64,000 nucleotides of DNA from Gracilinanus agilis (lineage: Eukaryota). Position numbers and translations under genes: made by a program. The DNA is taken from positions 195,642,773 to 195,706,772 of the forward strand of contig NC_058133.1 in NCBI RefSeq assembly GCF_016433145.1, written 5' to 3'. The number at the start of each line of letters is the position of its first letter. Positions within the stretch are counted from its first letter, which is position 1. The notes under the pieces were generated by a model that ran no database searches, was not told the DNA's origin, and saw only the letters and a program-made list of their open reading frames with translations. Below are positions 21,301 through 35,063 of the stretch, in pieces.

Positions 21301-23483
21301 ACTGTCAGTAGAGGGAATGAGGGATGAGTAGTGCTGACCCATGAGAGTAGATGGGCACATTCAAGCTAACTCTACTGTAATACTGTCTCTGCAAAGCAGA
21401 AGTCTCCGCCCCCCTTGGGAGAAGACTCAGGACAAGACCACCAAGAATATCTTTCTTCTTGTTCCTCATGTCTGCTCCCCTAGAAGTCAATAAAAGGAAT
21501 GGTGCCTGTGCACTTCATAAACCTCTCTGACCACAGTCATTTTTTCTTTGTTTTGACTCCCAAGACTGAACTTTGCTTATTTGGTATGTCTGTCATGTGG
21601 GTGCTATGGGGAATTGAAAGGGGAGGGTAAACTCTCATCTACTTCTTAAGTCACTTTGTTCATTTTTTTCCAGTCAGAGTAAGGGAAACATCCTGGGTTT
21701 CTTTGATAGCATCTGGGTGCCTTCCTGCCTAGGGGAATGGGCATTCTGGAATAATTGAGTAGAGGGGAGTGTCTTAGAGTGTTTAGTGTTTCACCTCTAG
21801 TTTTAGAAAAATGTATGTTGTTGTTTTTTTTGAGGTCGTTTATTGTTCCTGATATAAAATATCATTATCTTTGGTTTATTGTTTCTTTTAATAAACTTGG
21901 AAGAGGCTGTCTGCATTAGTATAAAGGGAATCGAGGATGAGATGGGAACAGGGGACTGATTATAGAATTTGAACTCTCCTAGGGTCCCATGGGGAAAGCC
22001 AAATCCAAAGAAAAGGTGTGACTCCCCTTGGGGCATGTGATACATAAGAGAAGGGATCAGGTCTCTGATTTCCCAATTCCCAGGCTCTCTCTTATTCTTG
22101 GTGGAACCTTCTATGCTGTCTCACCTCTGTTAGTGCACAGAGAACTAGGCCAGTTATGTCCTCTCTTCCCTGCCTCCCCCATTTGGCACTGGTACTTGAA
22201 TAATTGGGAGCCAAGGCTACTATAAAGCAAAGCTGTGATTTTTTTCTGGGAAGCAGCATGAGTTCTGGAAGGAAGGATGTCCTTGAGCTTTTCTCCCATC
22301 CTGTCTATGTCCCTGAAATCCAGGATGTAGTAGACCCATGGTATATACCTGTCCAGCTCATAGGTTCTAAAACTGGAGAGGATCTTTAGAGATCCTATAG
22401 TACTACTCTCATCATAATAGCTGATATTTGTAGAGAGGTCTGAGGTGGGCAAAGATAGGTGGCAAAGGAAATAAAGATCTGTGCCAGGAGGCAGGAAGAT
22501 CTGAATTCAAATCTGGCCTCAGACCCTGGACACAGGATTGCTTAACCTCTGTCACTTAATCTTCACTTAAGAGTCACTTAATCTCTGTCTGCTTACGGAT
22601 TATCAACTGTGATATGGGAGAAATAACACTCCTACCTCCCAAGGTGGTTGTTAGGATCTAATTACATAAATTGTAAACTCTTAGCACATCACCTGAAACA
22701 TAGCAGGCACTTAATCAATGTCCATTCCCTTCCTTTTACAACAACTTTTGAAGGTTAATCCTTCAGGGGATATTGTTATTCCCATTTTACAGATCTAGAA
22801 CTGAACTTTGGAATCCCTATGCGAGGCAAGATTCTCAGATGCAGGTCTCACACATGAGATGGAAAAGTACCTTGAAAGATCTAGTCCTCACTGAATAGAT
22901 GCAGAAAAGAGCCTAAAGAGGAAAAATTATTTACCCAAAGTCATAGTGGAGGGAAAGAAGCAGAAAAGATTTCAGGCTAGGTCCAAATTCAGTGGGATTT
23001 TTTCCCCTTTGCCACAATGTCTTGGTGCAAAAAAAGTCATCCCCAGAGAGGGAGAAGTGATTTGCCCAAGTTCCTAGGGCCAACAGTTAGCAGATCTGAG
23101 ATTTGAAGCAAGGTCTTCTATGTGTCCCATTATGTGCCACGAAGGGATAAGGGTCTCCCCATCTATTGAGATTTCCTATATAATAGGCACAGTATCCAGA
23201 AACCAAGAATGGGCATGAAGCTGGATTCTACATCCAAAGACCATGGGATTTAATTATGGATATGGAGAATGGTTGAAAAAAGACAACAGAGATCTGGGTC
23301 TGCCTTTATTGGAGCTCAGAAAGTCATGGTAATTCACCTTAAAACAAAGAGGGCCTGAAAAGAAATAGTTACCATGGAGGAGGGACCCAGGATCCCAGGA
23401 ATCATTCAAGAGGAAGTCTGCCTGCCTGCAAGCAGCTTCTCTACTCTTTTCTCAACCACATGCAAACACAGACACACACTGCT

Positions 23484-23487
<4 letters not shown>

Positions 23488-23538
<51 letters not shown>
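23488..23538. repeat. (TC)n microsatellite in OSBPL7 3' UTR
   Basis: Direct reading. Confidence 0.95.
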
Positions 23539-23541
<3 letters not shown>

Positions 23542-24290
23542 CACATACACACCCCAGCCCCACCTCTGACTCTCAGGCGCTGCTAAGCTTCAGTTCTCCT
23601 AGAATTCCTTGGATCTAATGCTCACTTCCCATTGATCCCATAGCTAACACATGATTGTCAGTGGTGGAGTCCAGGGACATCAAAAGCAGATCTAAAGGAG
23701 AAGCTAGTGTGATGGTTGAGGGCAGTGGGTAGGAAGAGGAAATGGTGGGGGGATGCTGACAACAAAGGAAAGGGCAGCAATGCAGAGGCTGAGATCAAGG
23801 ACTGACCCCCATCTCTGCCAAATCTGGAAGGATTTGGCGGTGGGGCAAAGGAGGTGGAGAGGGTCATGGGGGAGCAGGTCACAGTCACAGAGTCCCTCAT
23901 GTCCAAGGCACTGGATGAAAAAATAGCAGGTGGAAAGTTTGAGGTCTCCCTCCCATAAGCCAGTGTGGGAAAGCAAGATGGTATGGGGGCAAGGGGACAA
24001 AGACACATCTTGCATGCCTGTTGCTGGTGCAACAAGATTGGGGTAGAGGAGACACCACAGGCTTGTGACCCCCCCCCCTCAAAAAAAAAAACCCCACATG
24101 ATGGGATCCAGTTCCTCCGGGCCTGCAGAGGAAATGAGCCACAGGCTGGCCCATTTGTCTCCAGGGAAAGGAGATAAAAGTTCTGCCCCATTCCATGCAT
24201 CCATAGTGTTGCAAGGCAATAGGAGGGACAAGTGGTACATTGCCTTTGAGGAGCACTAAAGGTCTCTGCATCCCCCTCCTGGGGCCAAGG

Positions 24291-27200
24291 TTACCAAAGC
24301 ACAGCCCCATCCAGGTTCCCATAGCCAGGCTCAGCCCGAAGTCTCCAGTAGGTGTTATTAGTGACCCACCACTCCTTTCCATTGCCATCTGTCTGTCTCC
24401 TGCAGGGAGAAAAGGGGAGACATGGGGGATATTCAATGAAGCAGCCATGAGGTCCTACTTCTCACATCTTCACTACCCATTCTACTGGGTAGCTCCCTCT
24501 AACTCCAACTACAAGTATCCCCTGGTCTAGGTGGCCCAGAGGATCTGGAATGGAATTGGGGGGAGGAGAAAGACAACAGGACATGAAGATGGAAGAGGCC
24601 CAGGAGGAAAAGGACTTCTTTGGGCACCTGAAGAATCGGGCCTGGTGGGTGATGTTGTTCTCCTCCATCACTTTGCGGCGGTCTCGTTGGAGCTGTTCAA
24701 TTCTCCGTTTTTGGGATTCAGCAGCTTGAATGTTCCCCTCCTCTAGATACCTGAGTGACCAAAGCTCCATCAGTAACCCAAGACTGAAGTGCCCTTCCTC
24801 CCACCTCCTTGGTCTACCCTCAGCACCACTTGCAGAGAAATCCTAGCAGGTTCACTACCCAAGGGAAAGCTCCCTTCTCTGGGCAGGTATGGGGAAAGGT
24901 ACATGAGGGATCCTGCCCCATTTGCCTTCTATATCATTGAAGGGAGCAGCAGGGGCCTAAAACCAGGACAGGGATATTGGACAGGCAGTACACTTGGCCA
25001 GCCAGACACTTTAGAGCAGGGAAAGCAAACTGTCCAGGGATGCCTGACCTCTGGTCTGGCCGAAGCCGGGTATCAGTGGAAGGCAGAGAGCGCTTCAGCT
25101 CAGCTGTCAACTCATTCAACTCCAGGGCAAACTGTGTAAAGCCAAAGTTTCGCTCATGGTCTTGAGGCATCAAGTCTGGGAGTGAAAGGGGTTTGGGGGA
25201 GAAGTTGATTAGAGCTGGAAAAAGGATGGCAGATGGAGCAAAGACCTAAGCCTACATGTCTCCCCATTAGTCCCTCTGAACCTTCTCCAATCCCTTCAAT
25301 ACCCTTCCAGCCCTTTGGTGGTGGGCACCATTGAACAATGCCACAGATGGAGAAAAGTGTGGAGAAAAATCCATCCCAGGAAAATAGGCAGACTTTCTCC
25401 TTATCCAGAACCAAGTGGCCCTGATCTGGGAGGGATGAAAAAAAGTGGGCTGCAGAGAACCCTGCCTCCCACATCTCATTCTGCATGGCTACTTCTCTTA
25501 CTTGGTTTCCAGATGCACTGGCCACCAGGTGGGGGCCCCCGGTAGAGGCCCTCATGCCACTTGCCAAAGAGTCTGTGGATGACTCGCCCACTTTTACTGA
25601 ACACAGCTCCTTGCACTTCATGGACACTGGAGCTCCAATACTTTGCCTGGGAGTGGGGGTATTGGGAAAGGGAAGGAGGAGGTAGTCAGCCCCATGGGTA
25701 GACGCAATGTGACCTTATAGGATCGGAAGCAGTTCAGGCAAAGGCCTCCTACCTTACAGAAGGTGATCTTGCAATGGCAGGAGCTGTCCTGAGTGTTTCG
25801 GATTAGTACCTCCCCATAATGTTCAATCCAGCGCTGACCACTTAGGATGTTATGGATACAGGATGTTACTTTGTTCCACTCAAAGTGGTCCCCAAACCTG
25901 GTGGAAGAAGAGTGTGCAGACAGCTGGGATGGATCGATGGATAAGGTCCCAGTCAACAGCCAGCCTTCTAGTCCAGCTTCAAGCAATGGCCAAAGCTACT
26001 GACATAGAAACTTCCTTATGTCCAGGATTCATCAGTGTAGTCTCTCCTGTCAACCTCCATCCACTGACCCAGATCGTAGGCTTTTAATGTCTTAGCAAAC
26101 AGTCCTCAACAGCAAATTCATATCCCTGTGGCCAATCTGCTGATGAGAACCTCTGACCCTCACTAGGCTAGTCCTTGGACAACAAATCTAGATTCATTAC
26201 AGGCCTGGACTTGAAACCTTGCCAAAACCTATGTTCTGTTGGCTCATCTTCGGAGAGCCCAGAAGGAATAAAACGCCAATACAGGAATTTCATATCCTTT
26301 CACATTATAGCTCACCTTATTTAGCTATTTTCTACAAAGCCCTTTCCTTATAATGTCTCTGGGATTTAGATAATGAAAGTAATATGAATCCATTTTACAG
26401 ATGAGAAAAATGGAAACCAGAGACCTTAAGAAACTGGCCCAAGGAGGAAGATCTAGTAAGCTGGATATCTGAAATCCAGAATTTCTGACAAGTAGGTCTA
26501 AAACATTTTTAAAAAATAACTTTTACCTTCTTCTTAGAATCAATACTGAATGTCAGTTCTAAGGCAGAGGAGTGATAAGGGCTAGGCATTTGGGGTTAAG
26601 TGACTTAGTGTAGGGTCACACATCTAGGATGTGTCTGAGACCAGATTTGAACCCGGGACCTCCCATCTCTGCAACTGGCATTCAATCCATTTAGTCACCT
26701 AGCTGCCCCCAGCTCTAGGACTTTTGTCATTGCAATGACATCCCTGCATCACTCTGGCCATTTTGGTGTAAGTTAGGCATCTTCATCTGGATTTCCACTG
26801 TCTCCAGTTCCCTCAGGTTCCACCCCTTTCTCTGCACTAGTCCCCAAAGGCCTTGCCCCTCTCCTCCATGCTCCCATGAAATCCAGCCTGAAAAAATGCT
26901 TAGTTGGTCTTATCTTGGTTGACAGATTTGGGTAGGAAGCACTCACCGGGGAAGTCTGACATTCACAGTCCCCACTGGCACAATCTCCAGAGATTTCCCC
27001 CAGAACTTGTTCTTCCATTTCATATCTAGATTGGGAGATTGGGAGATTGGGAGAAAGGCAGAAGGGATATTGGAGAGAAATTTCTGTGAGCGCCTGAACT
27101 TTGCCATACAGCCTTCAATCTCATTTCACTCCTAAGAGTTCTCATCCCACCACTGCTCTCCTGTCCCCTGCCTCTCCTGCCCGTTCACATGCCCTCCTCC

Positions 27201-30200
27201 TCTCACCTTGCCAGAAGATGAAGTTATCTGACTCTGCATGACAAGCAGATATGGGTGGATGGTGGGAAACCTGAAGCAGAAGACAATGAGATTATTTCTG
27301 GGTTGCCCTTAAGGCTCTTCCTGCACCCCTTTTCCTCACCCACTCTCATCACCTGATCTCTACTTCTTTCCAGACTTGACTTCCCTTATTTTATAACATG
27401 AAAAATAACAATAGAGATTTAAGTTTAGTTGAGAAGCAACTCAGTATGATTGATAGAGGACTAGCCTTGGAATCAAGGATCACCTGGAATCAAGACCTGT
27501 GCACAGAGCAAGGCATTTAACCTCTTAGTGTCCCCAGAAAATTCTCTCAATCTGTACTGATGGAGTGAGTTCCCTTAATACTAATGAAATCCCAGGTCCA
27601 TTCACTCGCCCTCAGTTATGTCTATTTGCACACACTTGTTTACACTCCAATCTATATTGATGAAAGGGAGTGCCCCTCATTACTAAAGAAATAACAGGTC
27701 TGGCTCCTCTCCTAGCCTCCCCTCCCCACGCACAAAAAAGTTATGTTTGTCTACATAGGTACACTACAGGAATTTCCTCAACAAGTGTTCCCCACACCAG
27801 TGAAATGATACATCCCTGTGCACACATGTGCTTCATGGCAGTGTTCATTAAGACTTACACAATTCCAGGACCTCTGAATGAATGAATGAAGAAATGAATG
27901 CGTGCATGTGTGTGTGTTTGCAGACATGTGTCTACACATGCCCTGTTTGGGGGCGTATGTACGCAGATTGTGTACCTATGTATGGATATCACCTTCCTGG
28001 GTGGGCACACGCCCCTTTCCCTCCCCACTTTCGGCCCACACACCTGCTCGCTAATGAAGCGGAAGCCTCGATCTGGCCGCTCACACTCGTAGGTTTCCCC
28101 CAGAACAGGGTTGAAAGGTTTGCACCCGGCCCGATGATAGGTAGAGGAATAAGCAGAGACAGCAAAGGCTGCAATGTATAACTGAGAAGGGGAGGGGAGG
28201 AGCAGACTTGAAAGGCCCATCGGTCCTACTCGAGCAAGGTGTCTGCCAGAGAAGGGGATCCTCCTACCACCTCCTTCCCATCCCCCTCCCAGACTGAGAG
28301 CCACAAGAAGGGACGGGAAGGTCCCGAGTAGGGCAAAAGCAAACCGCGGATGCCAGCTCTGAGGCTCGGTTTGCTAGTCTAGAAAAGGAGGGGGTTGGTT
28401 TAGGAGTGCTAGTACACACGTTCTAGGATTCCTGGTAGAGGAGGAAAGTGGTGGGGTGGGGGCGGGGGCGGGGGCGGGGGCGGACGCAGCTCCCCGGCCC
28501 TCCAGGGAGCGGCGGGGGAGGCGAGGCTCGTACCATGCGCTCGCAGGGGTCCGGCGTGCGGCTCGCCTGGTCCAGCAGGTTGCTATACTCAAGCTCCTCA
28601 CAGAGCCGCTGAAGCGTGTTGAGGGGCTCGTTGAGCTGCACGGGCATGGATACTTTGGACAGGTCTTTGCCGATGTTGTTACGCAGAATGTTCCACAGGC
28701 TCACGTCGGTTCCGGGGCCGCTGGCTGCAGGGAGGCAGCGCCGCCGAGGGGGTACCCCAGCTCCTTCTGGAATACAGATGCCTGGCTCCCCCCAGCCCCA
28801 ACCCAGTCTCGTCAGCGCCCTGCTCCACGTCCAGGACCCTGCCTNGAAGGGAAGGGAAGGGAAGGGAAGGGAAGGGAATGAATGAAGAATGCTCTCTCTC
28901 TCCAGCCACATTCCCTTAAGGTCTGAGCCTTTTGCTACAGCTCGAGGGATCAACTTTCTAAAGTATCCTTGTCCCTCAGGGTGTGGATTTTGGCACCCAA
29001 ACTGAACTACTTGGCTTAGCCTTCAATCAACCTTTTAGCAAGTCACCCTTCGGTCCCCTAGGGCTTCTGACTTAGACTTTATCCTCTGTCACTAGCCCTT
29101 ATATAACCCTTCTTCCTTGAAACTGGTTATTTTCATAGCCTGTAATATTCTCCCCTACCTTCCTCTCCAACTCTAATAATAATATTTATAGAGTGCTCAC
29201 CATGTGCCAGGCACTGTGCTGAGTGCTTTGCAATTATCTCATCTGATGCTTATAACAACTCTTGGAGGAAGGGACTATTATTATGCCCATTTTACAGATG
29301 AAGAACCTGAGGTTAAGTGGCTTGCCCAGGGCCATACTACTATTACAATATGATCTCCGTTCTTCCTAACTTCAAGTCTAGGTATTCTATCCACTCTGCC
29401 ACCTAGCTTCTTCATCTGATCTTTCTTCTCCCTTTTTAATCCCTATTGGCCTCCTCCAAGAAGCCCAACTAGATTGACAAGGTTTTCCCCAGATCCCTCC
29501 TTTCTATTCCCTTCCATCCCCCAACACTAAAGTTCAGGCTTCACTGTGTTCACCTGACCTTGTCTTTCTCTCTTTGAGAGTCCTCTTTCCCCAACCATCA
29601 TGACCACAATTGTCAAACATTAACTGTGTGCCTCCTATATGTAGGGAAGGAAACATTAGTGCTGAGGTATGGGTCAGGGGTCACAAAGGCCATAAGGCAC
29701 AGTCCTTGCCCTCAAGCAGCTTAATCAATCAAGCAATGCACAACTATGTAGTTAGTGTGTACTATGTACCAGGCACTGTGCTAGATGCTGGGGATACAAA
29801 GGAGTGAGGCATTCCCTTAAGGGGATTACATGCTAATGCTACATATAAAGGGGAAAGGTGACTGGAGAAGGGCTCCCCTCGAGCATGTCCTATGGTTGCC
29901 CCATCAAACAGGGGCTTCTGTGAGGATAGGCACTCAGGAAGGTGCTGCTTTTAAAGGGAAGGAGACTTTGATTCTAGGGGCTCCCCTCACCATGGGAACA
30001 CCGATCTAGCCCCTCACTGTCTTTTAGCCAGGATGACACCTTGTCCCGAGAGCCAAGGGCAGGCACATTGTCTGTAGATGCCAGGTGGGCACTGGATGTC
30101 TGCAGGAATTAAAGCAAGAATCCAACTGGATGGGTGCAGTCTGAGCCTCAGCCATCCCTCTTCCACCCCAACACCATTTCTGCTCTAGGATTTACCTTCC

Positions 30201-31902
30201 GGTTGGTGCTACTCGCTGGGAGCTTTGGGCATCTGGCCATATCTGGGCGCTGTGCCATTCGGTGGGCACAGAGCCGGGCCACCCAGCTTTGGAACAGCTC
30301 CTGGGATTTGATCTACGGGAGAAGAGAGGGGGAGATAGAAAGACAGAAGACCTCTAGGTCTGCAAAGTGGGCTGATCTGAGACCCAGATCCTGGATAAAT
30401 AAGCATCAGTCCATTTTGAAGTCCCAGTCTTAATGAAGCTGAGCAGCCCTGTTACTTATCTCCCCAAAGTGCCTGAGCAGCTGTTTATTCACAAACGAGA
30501 GGGGAATGTCAGTATACTAGTTGATGTACGTGACAATTGCCCTCTCCTCCAGGCCCTGCCTCTTCCCTCCCACTGCTCCTGCCTCAGCAGGCTGGCTTCT
30601 ATCTCACCTTGAGGTGGTAAATGTTATCCTCGGTGTCAAGGTCAATTCGCTGAGCTTTCTTGTTGATTGACATGACGGAGGATCGGACGTCAATGGAGCC
30701 ATGGAGTTTCCCCTTGGCAATCTGGAGGAATTAGGAAAGAGGAGAGCTGGGGGGGGGGACTAGGGTCCAACCTCAGCCCCACAGAACCACCCTCACCCTG
30801 CCTTTGACCCTAGCCTCCTCTAAGTTTTCAAAGGAGGGTCTTTGAAATCTGGTTTTCCCATAACTCACGTTTCTAGAGGAATTAAAGCTTCCCCAAGTGC
30901 TCTCCCCACAACAATCCCCCAGGGTGAGCTGGACATGTATGATTATTTTCATTTTATGGATGGGAAATCTAAGGCCATGATAAGTTCAGCGACCTGCCTG
31001 AGGAGAGGTTCTGGGGCACCTCCCGGAGCTTCTAGAGCCTCCCCCTCTCTTCCTCCTTCCTAACTCCTTCTTCAAGACCACCATTGTTACTACTAAACCA
31101 CACTCATATCCCATCTCCAGGAGAAGACAAAGAATTCTCTTTCTTTTCCCACCTCCTTTCCAAACCTCTCCTCCAAGGAATGTGGAGTTGGAGACCATTC
31201 TCCCGGCCCCCCTCCACCACCACCACCATCCTGACTCCTTGACAAGGGCCCCAACTCACATCCTGCCTAGTGTTTGCATATCGAAGGATTCCATCCTCGA
31301 GGACAAAGTATCTCTGTGGAGCAGTCCAGGAGGTGCAGAGACCCAGAGAGAGAGAGAGAGGCAGAGGCAGGAAGGAAAATAACCATAGGTTCATCTTTGT
31401 AAATTCTTCTCTTTTTTTTGGACAAAAGTCTTTTGCTGGTGAGTGAGGAGCTCCTCCCCTTACCTTGTGCCAACCCTTCAGGGGCCACTTCCTCTTCTTG
31501 AGCAAATGACCTTCTTGCCTCTCTGGCTGGGTCCCCTCCGTCCCCAATCTTCCCTGAGGCTCCTCTACTAACTCCCATAGTTCCAATCCCTGGAGGCAAA
31601 GGAAGTCTTTTACTGGGGACACCTGCTTCTCAGAAGCTGTTATAGCCCAGCTCTTCCCCAGCCGGGACCCAGGGGCCTGCTCCCCAGTTCCTGCCTCTCC
31701 TGTATATCCCCTTCTCCCTCCCTTTGGAGTTATCCCCAAACCCTCATTGACATGCCTGGGTCTCCATCTACCCCTTCCCACTGCTAATAACACACCCTCC
31801 TCGGACCTGCTGGATGATGTACTTAGAAGGCTGGGTGCTGTCTGAGAGGGAGGGAGCAGCAGCCCGACGTGGGGAGCCAGGGTCCCTCTCCTGGCTATCC
31901 AT
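24291..31902 (-). CDS. OSBPL7: Oxysterol-binding protein-like 7 (ORP7); PH domain and ORD exons, central exons not found
   Basis: Coding exons (minus): 31807-31902, 31464-31589, 31260-31313, 30608-30721, 30196-30312, 29991-30099, [gap in model], ~28842-28534, 28044-28181, 27207-27270, 26947-27025, 25753-25897, 25502-25646, 25049-25175, 24628-24750, 24291-24399. Motifs: [17 protein letters not shown]|[37 protein letters not shown]|[10 protein letters not shown]-terminus [13 protein letters not shown]. Candidate polyA signal (tttatt) at 23305-23310. Confidence 0.95.
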
Positions 31903-32898
31903 TCAGGAGGGATGAGGAAGTGTCCAGTCAGAGTAGAGGGGAGGGGGAAATGTCACCTAGTGGTCTGGAGACTGTCCTGGAGGAAGAGAAAGATCACCTT
32001 GGATAAGTCACCTTTTTCATTCACCTCAAGCCAGTCCCAGACCCTCTAGGGAGATGGAAGATTGAGCGTCAGCCTGTTATTGCTAGAATCCAGCATCACC
32101 TTCGACCTGCCCATCACCTATGTCCCATTTTCCCAGGTCCCGGCCAACTCCTGACCCCGGGCTAGAGAATGGGAGTTGGGGATCTGTGGATAAGCTGATT
32201 CTAAGAAAGCCACGAGAGGTGTGGCCAGCCACACCCTGGGCACACACAATTGGGCTCTGGAAAACGCTCTTCTTTGGCAGAGACCTGGGGGCGGGGGAGG
32301 AAGAGGAAATAGTATGGAGAGGAATTTGGGGGCAGGATCTAGACAGAGGGGGTCTAAACAGCCAGAGATCAATCCGTCAACTACCATTTATTAAGAACCT
32401 TATATATGCGGTCAACTTTTCCCTTCGGAGTTCACTCCCCTCATTCCTGTACAAAATCCTTCCCACCTTCTCTTCCCTGCCCTTCCCCCCATAATGCCTA
32501 GTGGAGAAACTGAGGCCCGGAGCGGATGCATCTTTCTCCCTCTGCCCACCTGTTCCCCTCCTACTCTTCACCAACAATTCTCTGAGTTCTTCCACACCCC
32601 TGGAGCTTCTATTGCCTCCCCCTCCCTTCCTCCTTCTTAACACTCCTGGACCCAAGTCCCCGGGACACAAAAATAGAGGTGCTATCCATCTGCTAAAAGA
32701 ATAAGGATAGAAAGGAAATGGAGCTAGAGCTGGTGGGGAAGCTGTAGGTGGGGACCATTGGTGGACAAGAACAATTCAAGGTCTTCCCAGGTCCTGCAGC
32801 AGTGCCCACTGGTGCCCTTGGCACCCACACTGGCCATCCTGGCACCACAGCTTGATCAATAATGCATGAGCATGTGTGGTGGTGGAGGTGGTGATGGG

Positions 32899-32952
32899 GT
32901 GTGTGTGTGTGTGTGTGTGTGAGTGTGTGTGAGTGTGTGAGTGTGTGTGAGT
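32899..32952. repeat. (GT)n/(GAGTGTGT)n microsatellite
   Basis: Direct reading. Confidence 0.9.
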
Positions 32953-32999
32953 GAGGGGCTAAGGTGGAAAGGGAAGGTGTTAGCCTGAAGCCAGGGTTG

Positions 33000-33720
33000 T
33001 TGCTCAGGTGAGCCGGAGACACCAGGCACCTGAGGAACCGAGACCAGCTAGGTGCTAGCGATGTGGGCTGCCCCAGCGGCACAGGGTTGGGCAGAAGCCT
33101 GAGCCGTGGGGAGAAGCTCTGGGATCCAGCCTCGGAAACTTCCCCAAACTCTGCCTGTGGGTTGGAGGGGGGGATTTGGCCTTGACGTGGGTCCTGGCCT
33201 CACGGAGTCAAGGGAAATGGGGGATCTGTGCCTACCCGGAGCCAAGGGGGAGGGGAAAGTGGGATAAGGAACAAGGTGGACAGCTCCCTCCCTCCCTTCC
33301 TCCTCATGCCTAGGTAGGTAGGCAGAGACCGCCCACTTTCAGGCAGAGCTGGACCCCTTTCTCCTAGGAATGCCAGGTGATGCCAACGTGGCCCCCTTAC
33401 CGTAGTGCCCATGGACTGCCGGGTCTGCTTGCCTGCCTGCTCGCCTGCACTGCCTCTGAGTCACCGTCTCCCTTTCTGAGCTGAGCAGCGGCGGCAGCTA
33501 CTGCAGGAACCAGGAAGGAAGGAGACGTCGGAGCCTCCACTCGAGCCGGATCTCCCCACCTCCTCGGCCCCCCTCTATCCCCCCTCCCGCCAGGCCCTGG
33601 GCATCCGGGGCTCAGCTCTGCCCCCCGGCTCCCGGGAGGACTCAGGGCCGGGTAGGCATCCCAGAGGTGAGGTGGGGGTGGCAGTGAATGGACACCACCC
33701 TCTCCATCGGGAACGATTCC
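33000..33720 (-). promoter_or_regulatory. Probable OSBPL7 promoter / non-coding first exon
   Basis: GC- and CpG-enriched segment ~1.1-1.8 kb upstream of the OSBPL7 ATG. Possible minus-strand donor near 33460. Confidence 0.45.
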
Positions 33721-34299
33721 AGGAATGCCAGGAAAGGAGGGGAATGGTTAAAGGAGGGGCCTCAAGGCAGAGGAGGCCACCAGCTTCTTCAGCCTGCTGC
33801 TGCCTTGGCCCGGTTTGGCATCTGGCATTAACCTGACCCAAGCTGGTGCCTGGTGCTATTTTGACATCCGTACTCACCCCTTTCTTATTTAAGAACTGAA
33901 AAGGGACCAAAGATTTTTTTTGGAGCTTTGGTTGTCAGATGGGCAGTTGAAGAGAGAGGTGGCCTCAGGACCTGGGTCTCTGGGGCGGTGCTGGGACGGC
34001 TCCCTGGCACACTCTGCCACTCCCAGGGCAACTGTGCAGTCTAATGGTGAGAGCTAACCAGGAAGCAGAATGTCTAGGCTTCCCCCTATGAAACTGAAAC
34101 CTGTCCAAAATGGGGCGATACTGCATAAACCTGAGAGGAGACATAACGTGGATGGGGAAGGCATGTAGAAGAACACAACTACAGGACTGATCCCAGAGAA
34201 AAGTGCCCAGGACAAATGCCAGCCAGTCCTAGTTTTTCCCCTTAGGGGGAAGGAGGTAAAGGAATCCAATGTCCTTTGACCTCTCAATCATCGCTAATA

Positions 34300-35060
34300 T
34301 TTTTGTTGAAGTTTTATTATATATTTTTTAAATTTTAAAAATATTTTCCCATGGTTACATGATTCATTTTCTCCTCCTCCCTTCTTCCATTCCCCTTCCT
34401 GGAGCTGACAAGCAATCCTGCTGGCGTATGCATGTGTTATCACTCAATACCTATTTCCATATTATTCCTTTTTGCCACAGAGGAATCTTTTAAAACCAAA
34501 ATCCCAAATGATATATCCATATAAACAAGTGATAAATCATATGTTTTCTTCTGTATTTCTGCTCCCACAGTTCTTTCTCTCCATGTGGATGGTACATTCT
34601 TTCTTGTAAGTCCCTCAGAATGTCCTGGATCATTGCACTGCTGTTAGTAGCAAAGTTGATTACATTTGATCGTTCCACAGTTACTGTGTACAGTGTTCTC
34701 CCAATTCTGCTCATTTCACTCCAAATCAGTTGGTAGAAGTCTTTCCAATTTATATAGAAATCCTCCAGATGATCATTCCTTATAATAGTATTCCATCACC
34801 ATCAGATACCAGGATTTGTTCAGTCATTCCCCAATCCAGGGACACCCCCTCGTTTTTCCTACTTTTTACCACCGCAAAGAGTGCAGCTATATTTTTGTGC
34901 ATCACTAAATGTTTTGGGTGTGATTTGAAATTTTTTATTTAGTTAATTTAGAATATTTGTCCATGGTTACATGATTTATGTTCTTTCCCTCTCCTCCTCT
35001 CACCCCCCCCCTCCCATAAGCCAATGAGCAATTCCACTGGATTTTACATGCATCACTAAT
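34300..35060 (-). mobile_element. L1 3' UTR fragment(s)
   Basis: Reverse complement of the same L1 3' UTR motifs (ccatggttacatgattc; tcctggatcattgcactgctg). Confidence 0.7.
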
Positions 35061-35063
35061 TTT

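Larger units (their letters stand above)
15050..21600 (+). pseudogene. TBX21-like T-box gene, copy 2, disrupted and rearranged
   Basis: E1 ends 15528, E6-C starts 18331, E5-D 19618-19679, E6-D starts 20600, exon-4-like remnants at ~19250 and ~21450. No clear E2/E3 in intron 1, where an L1 sits. The upstream region 14640-15000 is homologous to 900-1220. Confidence 0.82.
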
